Shown piece after piece: positions 25,393-34,313 of a stretch of DNA of 46,235 bases. Position numbers and translations under genes: made by a program. Position 1 is the stretch's first letter. Each line of letters opens with the position of its first letter. Under the pieces are notes generated by a model. The model saw only the letters and a list, made by a program, of their open reading frames with translations, made no database searches and was not told the DNA's origin. Origin of the DNA: Hyphomicrobiales bacterium (GTDB lineage: Bacteria > Pseudomonadota > Alphaproteobacteria > Rhizobiales > JAJFHB01); contig JAJFHM010000086.1 of the NCBI GenBank assembly GCA_021775625.1, positions 1-46,235 on the forward strand. Direction: 5' to 3'.

Positions 25393-26748
25393 TTAAACCG
25401 CTACTTCATCCAGAGCCTGATTGATGCTGCGTTCGAGCTTGTCCACCAACTCCTCACACTGCGCCTCGGTGATGATGAAGGGCGGTGCGATCAGCACGTG
25501 ATCGCCGCTCACGCCGTCCACGGTACGGTTGTCGGGATAGCAGATCAGGCCGTTTGCCATCGCCGCTTTTTTGAGCTTCCCGGCCAACCCGAATGCTGCG
25601 TCGAAAGGCGTTTTGGTATCGCGGTCGCGAACCAGTTCGATTCCGCGGAAAAATCCGCGCCCGCGAATGTCGCCCACGTGAGGGTGTTCACCCAGACGCG
25701 CTTTCAGCAGTGCTTCGAGCTGATGTCCCATGGTGGCGACGCGGTCGATCAGATTATCGCTCTCGAACACGCGTTGCACCGCAAGTGCTGCAGCACAGGC
25801 GGTGGCATGACCGACATAGGTGTGGCCGTGTTGAAAGGCGCCACTGCCGCTTTCGATTTCCTGCACGATCTCTTCGCGCACCAGCAGCGCGCCGATCGGC
25901 TGATAGCCGGCTCCCAGACCTTTCGCGATGGCGATCATGTCGGGCACCACGCCGTCCTGCTCACAGCCGAACATAGTGCCCGTGCGCCCCATGCCGGACA
26001 TCACTTCGTCAAGCAGCATCAACACACCATGCTGATCACAGATCCGCCGGATCTCCTTGAAGTAGCCGGGTGCCGGCGGCACGGCGCCGAGGGTCGAGCC
26101 GACCACGGTCTCGGCGATGAAGGCGATTGCGCGTTCGGGCCCAAGCGAGGCGATCTCCGCTTCCAGCCCTGCCGCGGCCCGGACGCCATATTCAACGCCG
26201 CTTTCACCGTCGTGCTGATGGCGATAGGTATAGCACGGCATGATGTGCCGGACGTTTGGGTTCAATATCGGCTCGTAGATTTTCTTGCGGCCCGGGTTGC
26301 CGGAGACCGACAGGGCGCCCAGCGTATTGCCATGGTAGGACTGTTGCCGCGCGATGAAGTGATCCCGCGATGCCTGGCCGCGCTCCACCTGCACCTGACG
26401 GGCAAGCTTCAATGCCGCCTCGTTGGCTTCCGAACCGCCGGACAGAAAATAAACCCGCCAGTTGCCGCCCGGCGCCTTCTCGCTCAACACCTCGGCAAGC
26501 TCCTCCGCCGGCTGGTTGGTGAAGAAGGACGTGTGCGCGAAGGCCAGCTTGTCGAGTTGCTGCTTGATCGCGGCGATGATGCGTGGGTCGCCATGGCCGA
26601 GACAGGAGACGGCAGCGCCGCCCGAGGCGTCGAGATACTGCTTGCCCTGTGCATCCCGGAGATAGACGCCCTGGCCGCCTTCGGCCTGTGGGATCTCGCC
26701 CTTGAGACTGCGGTGAAAAACTCGGCTGGCATTGGCTTGCGGCGCCAT
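25393..26748 (-). CDS. class-III (omega-) aminotransferase, PLP-dependent
   Basis: DASGGAAVSCLGHGDPRII, SGGSEANEAALKLARQ, LMLLDEVMSGMGRTG and IAKGLGAGYQP are class-III aminotransferase motifs, including the PLP lysine. I prefer ATG 26748 (MAPQANAS) to the longer ORF start at 26829. Confidence 0.9.
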   Translation of the reverse strand: MAPQANASRVFHRSLKGEIPQAEGGQGVYLRDAQGKQYLDASGGAAVSCLGHGDPRIIAAIKQQLDKLAFAHTSFFTNQPAEELAEVLSEKAPGGNWRVYFLSGGSEANEAALKLARQVQVERGQASRDHFIARQQSYHGNTLGALSVSGNPGRKKIYEPILNPNVRHIMPCYTYRHQHDGESGVEYGVRAAAGLEAEIASLGPERAIAFIAETVVGSTLGAVPPAPGYFKEIRRICDQHGVLMLLDEVMSGMGRTGTMFGCEQDGVVPDMIAIAKGLGAGYQPIGALLVREEIVQEIESGSGAFQHGHTYVGHATACAAALAVQRVFESDNLIDRVATMGHQLEALLKARLGEHPHVGDIRGRGFFRGIELVRDRDTKTPFDAAFGLAGKLKKAAMANGLICYPDNRTVDGVSGDHVLIAPPFIITEAQCEELVDKLERSINQALDEVAV

Positions 26749-26819
26749 GGTAACGATGCTCTCTTTTATTGCGACATCAGTGCTGGCCACTGTTGCAATT
26801 GATATAGGGCACTGGCGAA

Positions 26820-28076
26820 ATGGACGCACCCGATTTGTTGAATCGTTTGTTTCAGGCGGCGGTCAAGGCCGCCGACCCGGCAAGCTGCCTGCCCGCGCAC
26901 CTGCCGCCCCCTCCTGAGGGCCGTGTTGTCGTCATGGGTGCCGGCAAGGCGTCCGGCGCCATGGCCCGTGCAGTGGAAGACAATTGGACGGGCCCGCTGG
27001 AAGGCCTGGTCATAACGCGCTATGGCCACAAGGTGCCAACCCGGCACATCGAAGTGGTCGAAGCCGCCCATCCGGTACCGGACGAGGCCGGCCGGCAGGC
27101 GGCCCTGCGGATGGTGCCGCTGGTCTCGGGTCTTGGACCTGACGATATGGTGATGTGCCTGATCTCGGGCGGCGGCTCCGCCTTGATGACCGCGCCGGCA
27201 GACGGGATACCGCTTGAGGCTAAACAGCAGGTCAACCGGAAACTGCTCGCCTGTGGCGCGACCATTTCGGAGATCAATTGCGTGCGCAAACATCTGTCCG
27301 CCCTGAAGGGCGGGCGCCTGGCTGCGGCAGCCCATCCGGCCCAGGTGGTCAGTCTCCTCATTTCGGATGTGCCGGGCGACGATCCCGCAACCATTGCCTC
27401 GGGCCCGACGGTCCCCGATCCGACGACGCGGGCCGAAGCGCAGGCGGTTATTGCCAAATATGCCCTGCAATTGCCGGACACCGTCACGGCGTTCCTTGCC
27501 TCGGATGCCGCCGAGACACCGAAACCGGGAGACCCGCGGCTTACGACCGCTGTGACCACGATGATTGCGGCCCCGAAACTGTCTCTTGATGCAGCGGAAC
27601 AGGTCGCGGTGGCGGACGCGGTGGCGGTGCGTCAACTCGGCGATGCCCTGGAAGGGGAAAGCCGCGAAGTTGCGAAAGAGCATGCGGCATTGGCGCTGCG
27701 CATCGCTGAAGGGAGCGACGACCTGAAACCGCCGGCGGTACTGTTGTCCGGCGGCGAGACTACGGTGACCATCACCGGCTCCGGCCGCGGCGGCCGCAAC
27801 GCGGAATACGCCCTGGCGCTGGCGATCGCCCTGGACGGTCATCCCTCGATCCACGCCATCGCCTGCGATACCGACGGCATCGATGGCTCGGAAGACAACG
27901 CCGGAGCCATCATCGGCCCCGACACACTGGCCCGCGGCCGAAAGAAGGGCCTCGATGCAAAAGCCTATCTCGCCAACAATGACGCTTATGGATATTTTGC
28001 GGCCATGGGCGGTTTGGTCGAAACCGGCCCGACGCTTACCAACGTCAACGATTTCAGGGCGATAGTGATTTTGTGA
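26820..28076 (+). CDS. glycerate 2-kinase / TtuD-type protein (DUF4147 + MOFRL domains)
   Basis: VVMGAGKASGAMARAVE, LISGGGSALM, LSGGETTVTITGSGRGGRNAEYALA and DTDGIDGSEDNAGA are hallmarks of the GckA/TtuD family. Confidence 0.9.
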   Translation: MDAPDLLNRLFQAAVKAADPASCLPAHLPPPPEGRVVVMGAGKASGAMARAVEDNWTGPLEGLVITRYGHKVPTRHIEVVEAAHPVPDEAGRQAALRMVPLVSGLGPDDMVMCLISGGGSALMTAPADGIPLEAKQQVNRKLLACGATISEINCVRKHLSALKGGRLAAAAHPAQVVSLLISDVPGDDPATIASGPTVPDPTTRAEAQAVIAKYALQLPDTVTAFLASDAAETPKPGDPRLTTAVTTMIAAPKLSLDAAEQVAVADAVAVRQLGDALEGESREVAKEHAALALRIAEGSDDLKPPAVLLSGGETTVTITGSGRGGRNAEYALALAIALDGHPSIHAIACDTDGIDGSEDNAGAIIGPDTLARGRKKGLDAKAYLANNDAYGYFAAMGGLVETGPTLTNVNDFRAIVIL

Positions 28077-28172
28077 TAGTCACCGCTCCTTACCAACCTT
28101 GCCGGCACCCCGGCTCTGCGCTGTTTTGCAGCTTGTCCGGAATGACGGCGTAGCTTGTTGGAAGCAAGCGTG

Positions 28173-30209
28173 TTACCCGATCACCCGCAATTCCGCCTCC
28201 ACGCCATGTACGCAGCAGCTCTCTCCCATGTCGGTCTTGTCGCCGGGATTGAGCACGTTCACGTTGGCGGCTGAGGCATCGTGGAACTTCGGCCACTGGC
28301 CCTTGTAGACCAAAAGGCTGCCCGGAGTGACGTCTGTGGTGATTTTGGCCGACAAGGCGAGCGTGCCCTGCTTGTTTGAAAGCTCTATCTCGGCTCCGTC
28401 ATTGATGCCGTCTTTCCCGGCATCGTCGGGATGGATGAAGCAGACCGCCCCTTCCATCTGTTCCCGCACCTTTGCGTCATTGGCGTAGCTTGAATTCATG
28501 GTCCACTTGGTGGCAGGCGAGAGCACCCTGTAGCGTCCTGCAGGCGTGGCACTGTCTGCATGCGCAATGGGCACGCGGGGGTGACCGTCGGCTTCCGCCG
28601 CCGCACTGGCGATCTCGATCTTGCCGCTGGGCGTCGGGAACTTGCCGTCGGCAAAGGGGATTTGCACGTCGTCATGGGTGCGGATGGTGCCCAGGGCCTT
28701 GAGCTCGTCGAAGGTGATTGACTTGGGAAGCTGCGACAGGATCCGGTCGATGATCTCCGCATCGGTCTCGGAAAACTCCGGTTCATCGTAACCCATGGTC
28801 TTGGCCAAAGCGCGGAAGATGTCCTGATTGCTGCGCGCCTCGCCGGGCGGCTCAATGGCCTTGGCAACGGCTCCGACCGTGTAGTTGAAATAGGGGAACA
28901 TCAGATCGTCCGCCTCAAGGAAGCTGGCGGCGGGAAGCACATAATCGGCATATGCGGTGGTGTCGGTTTCGAACAGCTCGACACAGACGTGGAACAGATC
29001 ATCGCGGGACAACCCCTGCCTCAGCCGGTTCTGCTCGGGACTCGACGCCATGATGTTGTTGTTCCAGCAGATCAGCGCGGATGAGCGTCCATCGTCCAGC
29101 AGCGCATCCGCCAGATCCATGTGGGAAATCACCGGCCGTGGTTCTTTCGCCAGTTGCGGGCCGGACACGAACCCCGTTTTGACGCCGCGCGCACCCGCAC
29201 CGTTCAAGAACGAGATGCCGGCACCCGGTTTGCCCATATTACCGGTGGCAGCACACAGCATGGCGCAGGCACGAAAGGCGTTGCCGCCCATCTTCTGGCG
29301 CTGCATGCCCTGGCCGAGCCACATCAGGGAAGGTCCGCGGGCATAGTCCATCGCCACATCGACGATGACCTCCGGGTCCAGTCCGGTGAGCTCGGCGGTG
29401 CGTTCCACCGTCATGTCATTAACCGCGTCATGCACCTCGTCCCAGCCAATTGCATTGGCGGCGAGATAGTCGAAATCCAGCAAACTGTACCTCAAGGCCA
29501 CATGCGCCATGCCGAATGCCAGCGCTGCGTCACTGCCGGGTTTGATCTGCAGATGCACGTCCGCGGCCTTCGCGGTCTCATGTGCGATGGGATCGACGAC
29601 AATAATCCTGGCGCCTGATTCCGGCAGCCAGTGTTTGTGAAAATGCGGCGCCGAGGCCGAGGGGTTGGCGCCCCACACCAAAATAACCTTTGCGTCCTTG
29701 GCGGTGGCCGGGTCGAAGCCGGTGGCGCTGTCGCCGAGAATATAGCCAAGCCCCACGTGGCCCGCATTGTTGCAAACCGTGTCCGGATCCACTTCGGTGG
29801 CGCCCAGCCGGTTGAAAAACCGGTCCGGAAATCCACCGGCAATCTTTGAGCAGGTGCCGGTGTAGTGAGTGCTCAGGATGTTCCCCGGGCCCTGGTCGGC
29901 AACGATACTCTTGAGCCGTCCGGCGATGTCTGACAGCGCGTCGTCCCAGCTGACCGGCTCGAAGCGATTATCGCCTTTCGGTCCGATGCGCTTCAGGGGC
30001 GTTGTGAGGCGCACATCCGGGTCGCGCCAGACGCCGTTATAGGCAAGCGCGCATTTTCCGCACAGGCTGCCGCGGCTGAGGTCGTGATCGCGGTCGCCCA
30101 CCACCCGGTGCACCGAACCGTCCTGGTTCTTCAGGACCGTCATGCCGCAGCCGTCATAACAATCCCGCGCGCAAGTGGTCTTGATCTCGATGAATTCGTC
30201 CCGTGCCAT
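28173..30209 (-). CDS. cytoplasmic molybdopterin (bis-MGD) oxidoreductase family protein
   Basis: The N-terminal 4Fe-4S motif is (CARDCYDGCGM ... CGKC). Molybdopterin oxidoreductase and C-terminal molybdopterin dinucleotide-binding segments follow. There is no Tat signal. The substrate cannot be inferred. Confidence 0.88.
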   Translation of the reverse strand: MARDEFIEIKTTCARDCYDGCGMTVLKNQDGSVHRVVGDRDHDLSRGSLCGKCALAYNGVWRDPDVRLTTPLKRIGPKGDNRFEPVSWDDALSDIAGRLKSIVADQGPGNILSTHYTGTCSKIAGGFPDRFFNRLGATEVDPDTVCNNAGHVGLGYILGDSATGFDPATAKDAKVILVWGANPSASAPHFHKHWLPESGARIIVVDPIAHETAKAADVHLQIKPGSDAALAFGMAHVALRYSLLDFDYLAANAIGWDEVHDAVNDMTVERTAELTGLDPEVIVDVAMDYARGPSLMWLGQGMQRQKMGGNAFRACAMLCAATGNMGKPGAGISFLNGAGARGVKTGFVSGPQLAKEPRPVISHMDLADALLDDGRSSALICWNNNIMASSPEQNRLRQGLSRDDLFHVCVELFETDTTAYADYVLPAASFLEADDLMFPYFNYTVGAVAKAIEPPGEARSNQDIFRALAKTMGYDEPEFSETDAEIIDRILSQLPKSITFDELKALGTIRTHDDVQIPFADGKFPTPSGKIEIASAAAEADGHPRVPIAHADSATPAGRYRVLSPATKWTMNSSYANDAKVREQMEGAVCFIHPDDAGKDGINDGAEIELSNKQGTLALSAKITTDVTPGSLLVYKGQWPKFHDASAANVNVLNPGDKTDMGESCCVHGVEAELRVIG

Positions 30210-30417
30210 GGCAGGTGTTCCTCATGCATTCAGTAACTACGGTTCGCGGCCCGGCCCTGAGCCGGGACCCAGCACGATAACATACAGCCGTGCTGCTCTG
30301 GATCCCGCATTAAGTGCGTGACACTGATCAGAATACACTTTGAGCGCTATCCAGGACGTTTCAGCAAGAGCCAATTCCCGGACCCGGCAAACGGCCACTG
30401 CATGCAGGGCGTGGCCC

Positions 30418-31263
30418 TCAGGCGTCCGCCCTAACGGTGCTTTCCTGCTCGCCCAGCCCGTCAATGCCGAGACGCATCACGTCACCGGCCTTGAGGAACC
30501 GTGGCGGCTTCTGGCCCAGGCCGACCCCCGGCGGGGTACCTGTGCACACGATATCGCCGGGTTGCAGGCTCATGAACTGGCTGAGATAGCTCACGATATG
30601 GGCGACCGGGAAGATCATGGTCGCGGTTGAGCCGGCCTGTTGGCGCTCGCCGTTGAGGTCGAGCCACAGATTGAGGTTTTGCGGATCGGGCACTTCGTCG
30701 CGGGTCACCAGCCACGGACCGGTGGGTCCGAACGTGTCGCACGACTTGCCTTTGACCCACTGGCCGGAGCGTTCGATTTGAAACTCGCGCTCCGAAACAT
30801 CGTTTACGACGCAATAGCCCGCGATATGGTCGAGCGCTTCCGCTTCGGAGACGTATTTTGTGTGCTTGCCGATAACGAAGCCAAGCTCGACTTCCCAGTC
30901 TCCTTTGACCGATCCGCGCGGCAACACCACGTCGTCATTGGGACCGACGATGCAGCTGGTGTATTTCGAGAAAACGATGGGCTCTTTCGGCGGCTCCATG
31001 CCGGTTTCACGGGCATGGTCATAATAATTGAGGCCGATGGCGACAAACTTGCCGACCTGGCCGACGCAGGGGCCAAGCCGTGGTGAGCCCTCGACCGCAG
31101 GCAGGCTGGTGGGATCGATGCGGCGCAGGCGGTCCAGTACTTCCGGCATCAGGGCGGAGCCGGCGACGTCGTCAACCTCGCCGGACAAATCCCTTATGGT
31201 GCCGTCCGCATCGAGCAGTCCGGGCTTTTCTTCACCTGCCGGTCCGTAACGCAAGAGTTTCAT
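30418..31263 (-). CDS. fumarylacetoacetate hydrolase (FAH) family protein
   Basis: MKLLRYGPAGEEKPGLLD ... GLNYYDHARE ... WEVELGFVIGK ... GDIVCTGTPPGVG is the FAH-family pattern. Confidence 0.9.
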   Translation of the reverse strand: MKLLRYGPAGEEKPGLLDADGTIRDLSGEVDDVAGSALMPEVLDRLRRIDPTSLPAVEGSPRLGPCVGQVGKFVAIGLNYYDHARETGMEPPKEPIVFSKYTSCIVGPNDDVVLPRGSVKGDWEVELGFVIGKHTKYVSEAEALDHIAGYCVVNDVSEREFQIERSGQWVKGKSCDTFGPTGPWLVTRDEVPDPQNLNLWLDLNGERQQAGSTATMIFPVAHIVSYLSQFMSLQPGDIVCTGTPPGVGLGQKPPRFLKAGDVMRLGIDGLGEQESTVRADA

Positions 31264-31277
31264 GAGACCTGTTTCCC

Positions 31278-31931
31278 TTATGCTTGGCGCAGTCTGTGGT
31301 CACCCACCAGATCCGTCGCGCTTTTATGTATGTGTGGACAGTACCCTGCCTGAAGTAATCGCACTGTAGTCGGCGGCGTCAATACCGTTGCGTCACGATT
31401 TCCATCATATGGACGGCCTTGAGTGTACCCATCGGGCCCCCAGGCCAGCAGTTGCGGACCCATAACGGCATAGGATTCGTCGTTGATCCGCACCATGGTG
31501 CCATTCGGCAGCGCATCGAGGCGTGAACGAAATGTGCGCTTGCTTCGCCTGTCCCCAACGCGCTCGGCATGCAGAACCAGGTCCATGTCTCCGGCGCGGC
31601 GGTTGGGCGGAGCCCGCCCACTGGCATCCCAGGCCGCAAAGAACGCATTGGCATCGCCCCGGCGGCATTCGAAGCAGGGCCGGTGCCCGGCGGCAAGTGC
31701 GGTGACTTCATCGAGGAAGAACAATTCCGTGTACAGCCCCGGCTGCATGAGTTCGCGGTGCCGGTTCTTGAACTCGAGCACGCAGGTGATCCACGCCCTG
31801 GATTTCCAGCGGCTTCGTGTCAGTTCTTGCCGGGGTGTGTGAAAGCATCCGCCGCGATTGCCCATGAACGTGCCGCGGGCCGGGAGGGCGACAATGTCCC
31901 CTTCCGGGGTCACGCGGTTCTGAAGCGGCAT
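31278..31931 (-). CDS. conserved-looking hypothetical protein of unknown function
   Basis: 217 codons from ATG 31931 (MPLQNRVTPEGDIV...), with one nucleotide between it and the lutC stop (31933-35). It contains (GHRPCFECRR). I do not recognise a domain. The longer ORF start at 32006 would overlap lutC. Confidence 0.6.
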   Translation of the reverse strand: MPLQNRVTPEGDIVALPARGTFMGNRGGCFHTPRQELTRSRWKSRAWITCVLEFKNRHRELMQPGLYTELFFLDEVTALAAGHRPCFECRRGDANAFFAAWDASGRAPPNRRAGDMDLVLHAERVGDRRSKRTFRSRLDALPNGTMVRINDESYAVMGPQLLAWGPDGYTQGRPYDGNRDATVLTPPTTVRLLQAGYCPHIHKSATDLVGDHRLRQA

Positions 31932-31932
31932 T

Positions 31933-32634
31933 TCAACCGTTGCGAACGATAATGATGTGCAGGCTGCGCGGTCCATGGGCGCCGAGCTGGATGGTCTGCT
32001 CGACATCCGCCGTCCGCGACGGTCCGGAGATCATATTCACCGTGCGCGGCATCTTGCCTCCGCCATGGGCCTTGCGGATGCGATCCCAGGCATCTTCGTA
32101 AGCGCCGTCGATATCGGCCGCATCGATCACCACGATATGGTTCTCCGGCAGAAAGTTGAGTGTGGTCGGATTGGCCGGGCCCGATGTGAGAATCAAGGTG
32201 CCGGTCTCCGCAACGCCGGCAAAGGCCTGCGACAGGGAGACCACGTCGTCACCTGTTGCCGGGCCGGTGGCGCGCTCCAGGGTCGGTGCCTTGTCCCACG
32301 GCAGCTGTGTCAGCTTTTCGTCCGCGCCATGCCTGATGCGGGCGGGAAGGTTATGGTCCCGCAAGTGTGCCGTGATCGCCTCCGGCACGTTATCCCGGTT
32401 CATGACTTCGGCCACGCTGGCAGAGACCGCTTCTGCCTGCGCCCTGAACAGGGCAATCTGTCCGTCGGCATCAAGGTTTGCGCGCTCCGGTACAAGGTTG
32501 CGTTTATGCCGCTTCAACCGGGACTGCACGGCTTTTTCGCGGGCGTCCTTGTCCTTGCCCCGGGCAAGCGTCGCACTCAGCTTGTTGAGGATCTGCGTGC
32601 GGCTTTGTGAGCTGCTTGAGGTGGTTTTACTCAT
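31933..32634 (-). CDS. lutC: lactate utilization protein C (LUD domain, YkgG-like)
   Basis: The LUD-domain pattern is present (ETGTLILTSGPANPTTLNFLPENHIVVIDA ... SGPSRTADVEQTIQLGAHGPRSLHIIIV). ATG 32634 overlaps the lutB 3' end by 8 nt. Confidence 0.88.
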   Translation of the reverse strand: MSKTTSSSSQSRTQILNKLSATLARGKDKDAREKAVQSRLKRHKRNLVPERANLDADGQIALFRAQAEAVSASVAEVMNRDNVPEAITAHLRDHNLPARIRHGADEKLTQLPWDKAPTLERATGPATGDDVVSLSQAFAGVAETGTLILTSGPANPTTLNFLPENHIVVIDAADIDGAYEDAWDRIRKAHGGGKMPRTVNMISGPSRTADVEQTIQLGAHGPRSLHIIIVRNG

Positions 32635-34045
32635 CTCCGCCGGCCCTCCATGATTCCTGGAACGAGCGGCCCGATGGCATGGGCAGATCGCGGTATTTGG
32701 TCCAGCCTCCGGCAAATGGCGCGGATTTGAGCCGGGACCGGCCGAACGCGAGCAGCTTGAGCGCCCGGATGAATGTGCTTGCCGCCAGGTGGTAGAGTGC
32801 CGGACGCCGCGCCAGAAAGGCCCACAGGCTGAGGCTGGTGCGCACCGTGCGCGGGGTCAGGTGGCGTTCGAACTCGCGTTCGCGCCAGTGCCGCATCATC
32901 TTGGGCAGTGGTATGCGCATCGGGCAGACCGCCTCGCAACGTCCGCAGAAAGTCGACGCGTTGGGCAGGTGGCCGGCCTGGTCGATGCCGATGAGGCTGG
33001 GCGTCAGCACCGCGCCCATGGGTCCGGGATAGACCCAGCCATAAGCATGCCCGCCGACGGAATGATAGACCGGACAGTGGTTCATGCAGGCACCGCAGCG
33101 GATGCATCGCAACATGTCCTGGAATTCGGTGCCCAGCATGTCGGAACGGCCATTGTCGAGGATCACCACGTGATATTCTTCCGGTCCGTCCGGATCGCCT
33201 TTGCGGCGCGCACCGGTGGAGAGCGTGGTGTAGGTGGAAAACTCCTGGCCCGTGGCCGAGCGCGCCAGTACCCGCAGAATTGTCGAGACGTCCTCCAGTG
33301 TCGGCACCAGCTTTTCAAGGCTGGTGCAGACGATATGCACCTTTGGCAGGCTCTGGGTAAGATCGCCATTGCCCTCATTGGTGACAATGATCGACGTGCC
33401 GGTTTCCGCCACCAGATAGTTGGCGCCGGTGATGCCGACATCCGCATCGATATATTTCTGCCGCAGCACCTGGCGTGCTTCATCCACCAGTTCGCTGACT
33501 TCCTCCAGGGAGCGGTCGTCGGGCAGGTGAGTATGGGCCGCCCGGAAACTTGCCTCCACCTGATCGCGGTTCAGGTGAATTGCCGGGCCGATGATGTGGC
33601 TTGGCGGCTCGTTGCGCAGCTGAATGATATATTCGCCGAGATCCGTCTCGACCGGGGTGATGCCGGCGGCCTCCAGGTGCTCGTTGAGAGCGATTTCCTC
33701 GGCGATCATCGACTTGCCCTTGGTCACGGTTCTGGCGCCATGGGCCTGACAGATCTCGAGGATAATGTCGCGCGCGTCCTTAGCCGTTGCGGCCCAGTGC
33801 ACGCTGCCGCCTGTGGCCTCGACCTTTTTCTCGTAGATCTCGTAATAGAGATCGAGATGTTCGAGCGTGTGGTTCTTGATGTCGCGCGCCTGATCGCGCA
33901 ACTGATCGAATTCGGGCAGGTTTTCGCGGGCCGCAGCACGCTTCTTGACGAAGCCGACTTTGACATTGCCCATGGCGCGCTGCAGCTGTTTGTCGCCGAT
34001 CGCACGCTTGACGTTCGACTTGAAGGCAGGGGAGGTGATGTCCAT
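32627..34045 (-). CDS. lutB: iron-sulfur lactate utilization protein B (YkgF-like)
   Basis: Two ferredoxin Cys clusters (CIRCGACMNHCPVY, CGRCEAVCPMRIP) and a LUD region (ETGTSIIVTNEGNGDL). The N-terminus (MDITSPAFKSNVKRAIGDKQLQRAMGNV) aligns with known LutB starts. The 34046-34234 ORF extension runs into a repeat element and is rejected. Confidence 0.92.
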   Translation of the reverse strand: MDITSPAFKSNVKRAIGDKQLQRAMGNVKVGFVKKRAAARENLPEFDQLRDQARDIKNHTLEHLDLYYEIYEKKVEATGGSVHWAATAKDARDIILEICQAHGARTVTKGKSMIAEEIALNEHLEAAGITPVETDLGEYIIQLRNEPPSHIIGPAIHLNRDQVEASFRAAHTHLPDDRSLEEVSELVDEARQVLRQKYIDADVGITGANYLVAETGTSIIVTNEGNGDLTQSLPKVHIVCTSLEKLVPTLEDVSTILRVLARSATGQEFSTYTTLSTGARRKGDPDGPEEYHVVILDNGRSDMLGTEFQDMLRCIRCGACMNHCPVYHSVGGHAYGWVYPGPMGAVLTPSLIGIDQAGHLPNASTFCGRCEAVCPMRIPLPKMMRHWREREFERHLTPRTVRTSLSLWAFLARRPALYHLAASTFIRALKLLAFGRSRLKSAPFAGGWTKYRDLPMPSGRSFQESWRAGGDE

Positions 34046-34047
34046 CA

Positions 34048-34309
34048 GAGCACGATGCCTCCATTTGGAACCATTTGACCGGGTTCCTGTGGGCCGTGGC
34101 AAGGCGCGGTTCGCGATGCGACGCGGGACATCGGATAAGAAGCGCAACGCTGTCCGCGGTACACAGGAACCCGGCCTGAGGTGGCGCAGATCGGCCCGTC
34201 GGCAGCGTTGCGGCGCTTGCCCGATGCCCCACATCGAACTGCATCCCGCGCCTCGCCGGACGAGCCGATCTGCGCCATCAAATTGATTTCAAATAGAGGC
34301 ATCGTGCTC
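34048..34309. mobile_element. MITE-like inverted-repeat element, copy A, filling the lutA-lutB intergenic gap
   Basis: Termini are GAGCACGATGCCTC (34048-61) and its exact reverse complement (34296-309), with imperfect extension to about 33 nt. Nested perfect stems are 34079-91/34162-74 and 34183-95/34264-76. The 31-nt core (34205-34235) is shared with copy B. Confidence 0.7.
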
Positions 34310-34313
34310 CAGC

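Noticed and set aside
25205-25396. 63-aa ORF (TTG start) spanning the convergent intergenic gap.
   Set aside because: It has no SD and an implausible low-complexity sequence. It overlaps the repeat array and the far better-supported AGGAGG-ATG small ORF.
30210-30417. Structured leader upstream of the molybdopterin oxidoreductase gene, considered as a possible Moco riboswitch. It has hairpins CAGCACG...CGTGCTG at 30271-30296 and CCCGGC...GCCGGG at 30250-30266.
   Set aside because: I could not recognise the conserved Moco-motif sequence elements by eye. The hairpins could equally be the terminator of the upstream FAH gene. This needs a covariance-model (Rfam RF01055) scan before any claim.
34046-34234. 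N-terminal extension of the lutB ORF (63 extra codons), plus small ORFs on both strands at 33945-34302 and 39221-39481.
   Set aside because: They run through the MITE-like repeats. The LutB homology begins at MDITSPAF (34045). The similar peptides (for example GACPM) in both repeat copies reflect DNA repeat conservation, not coding.
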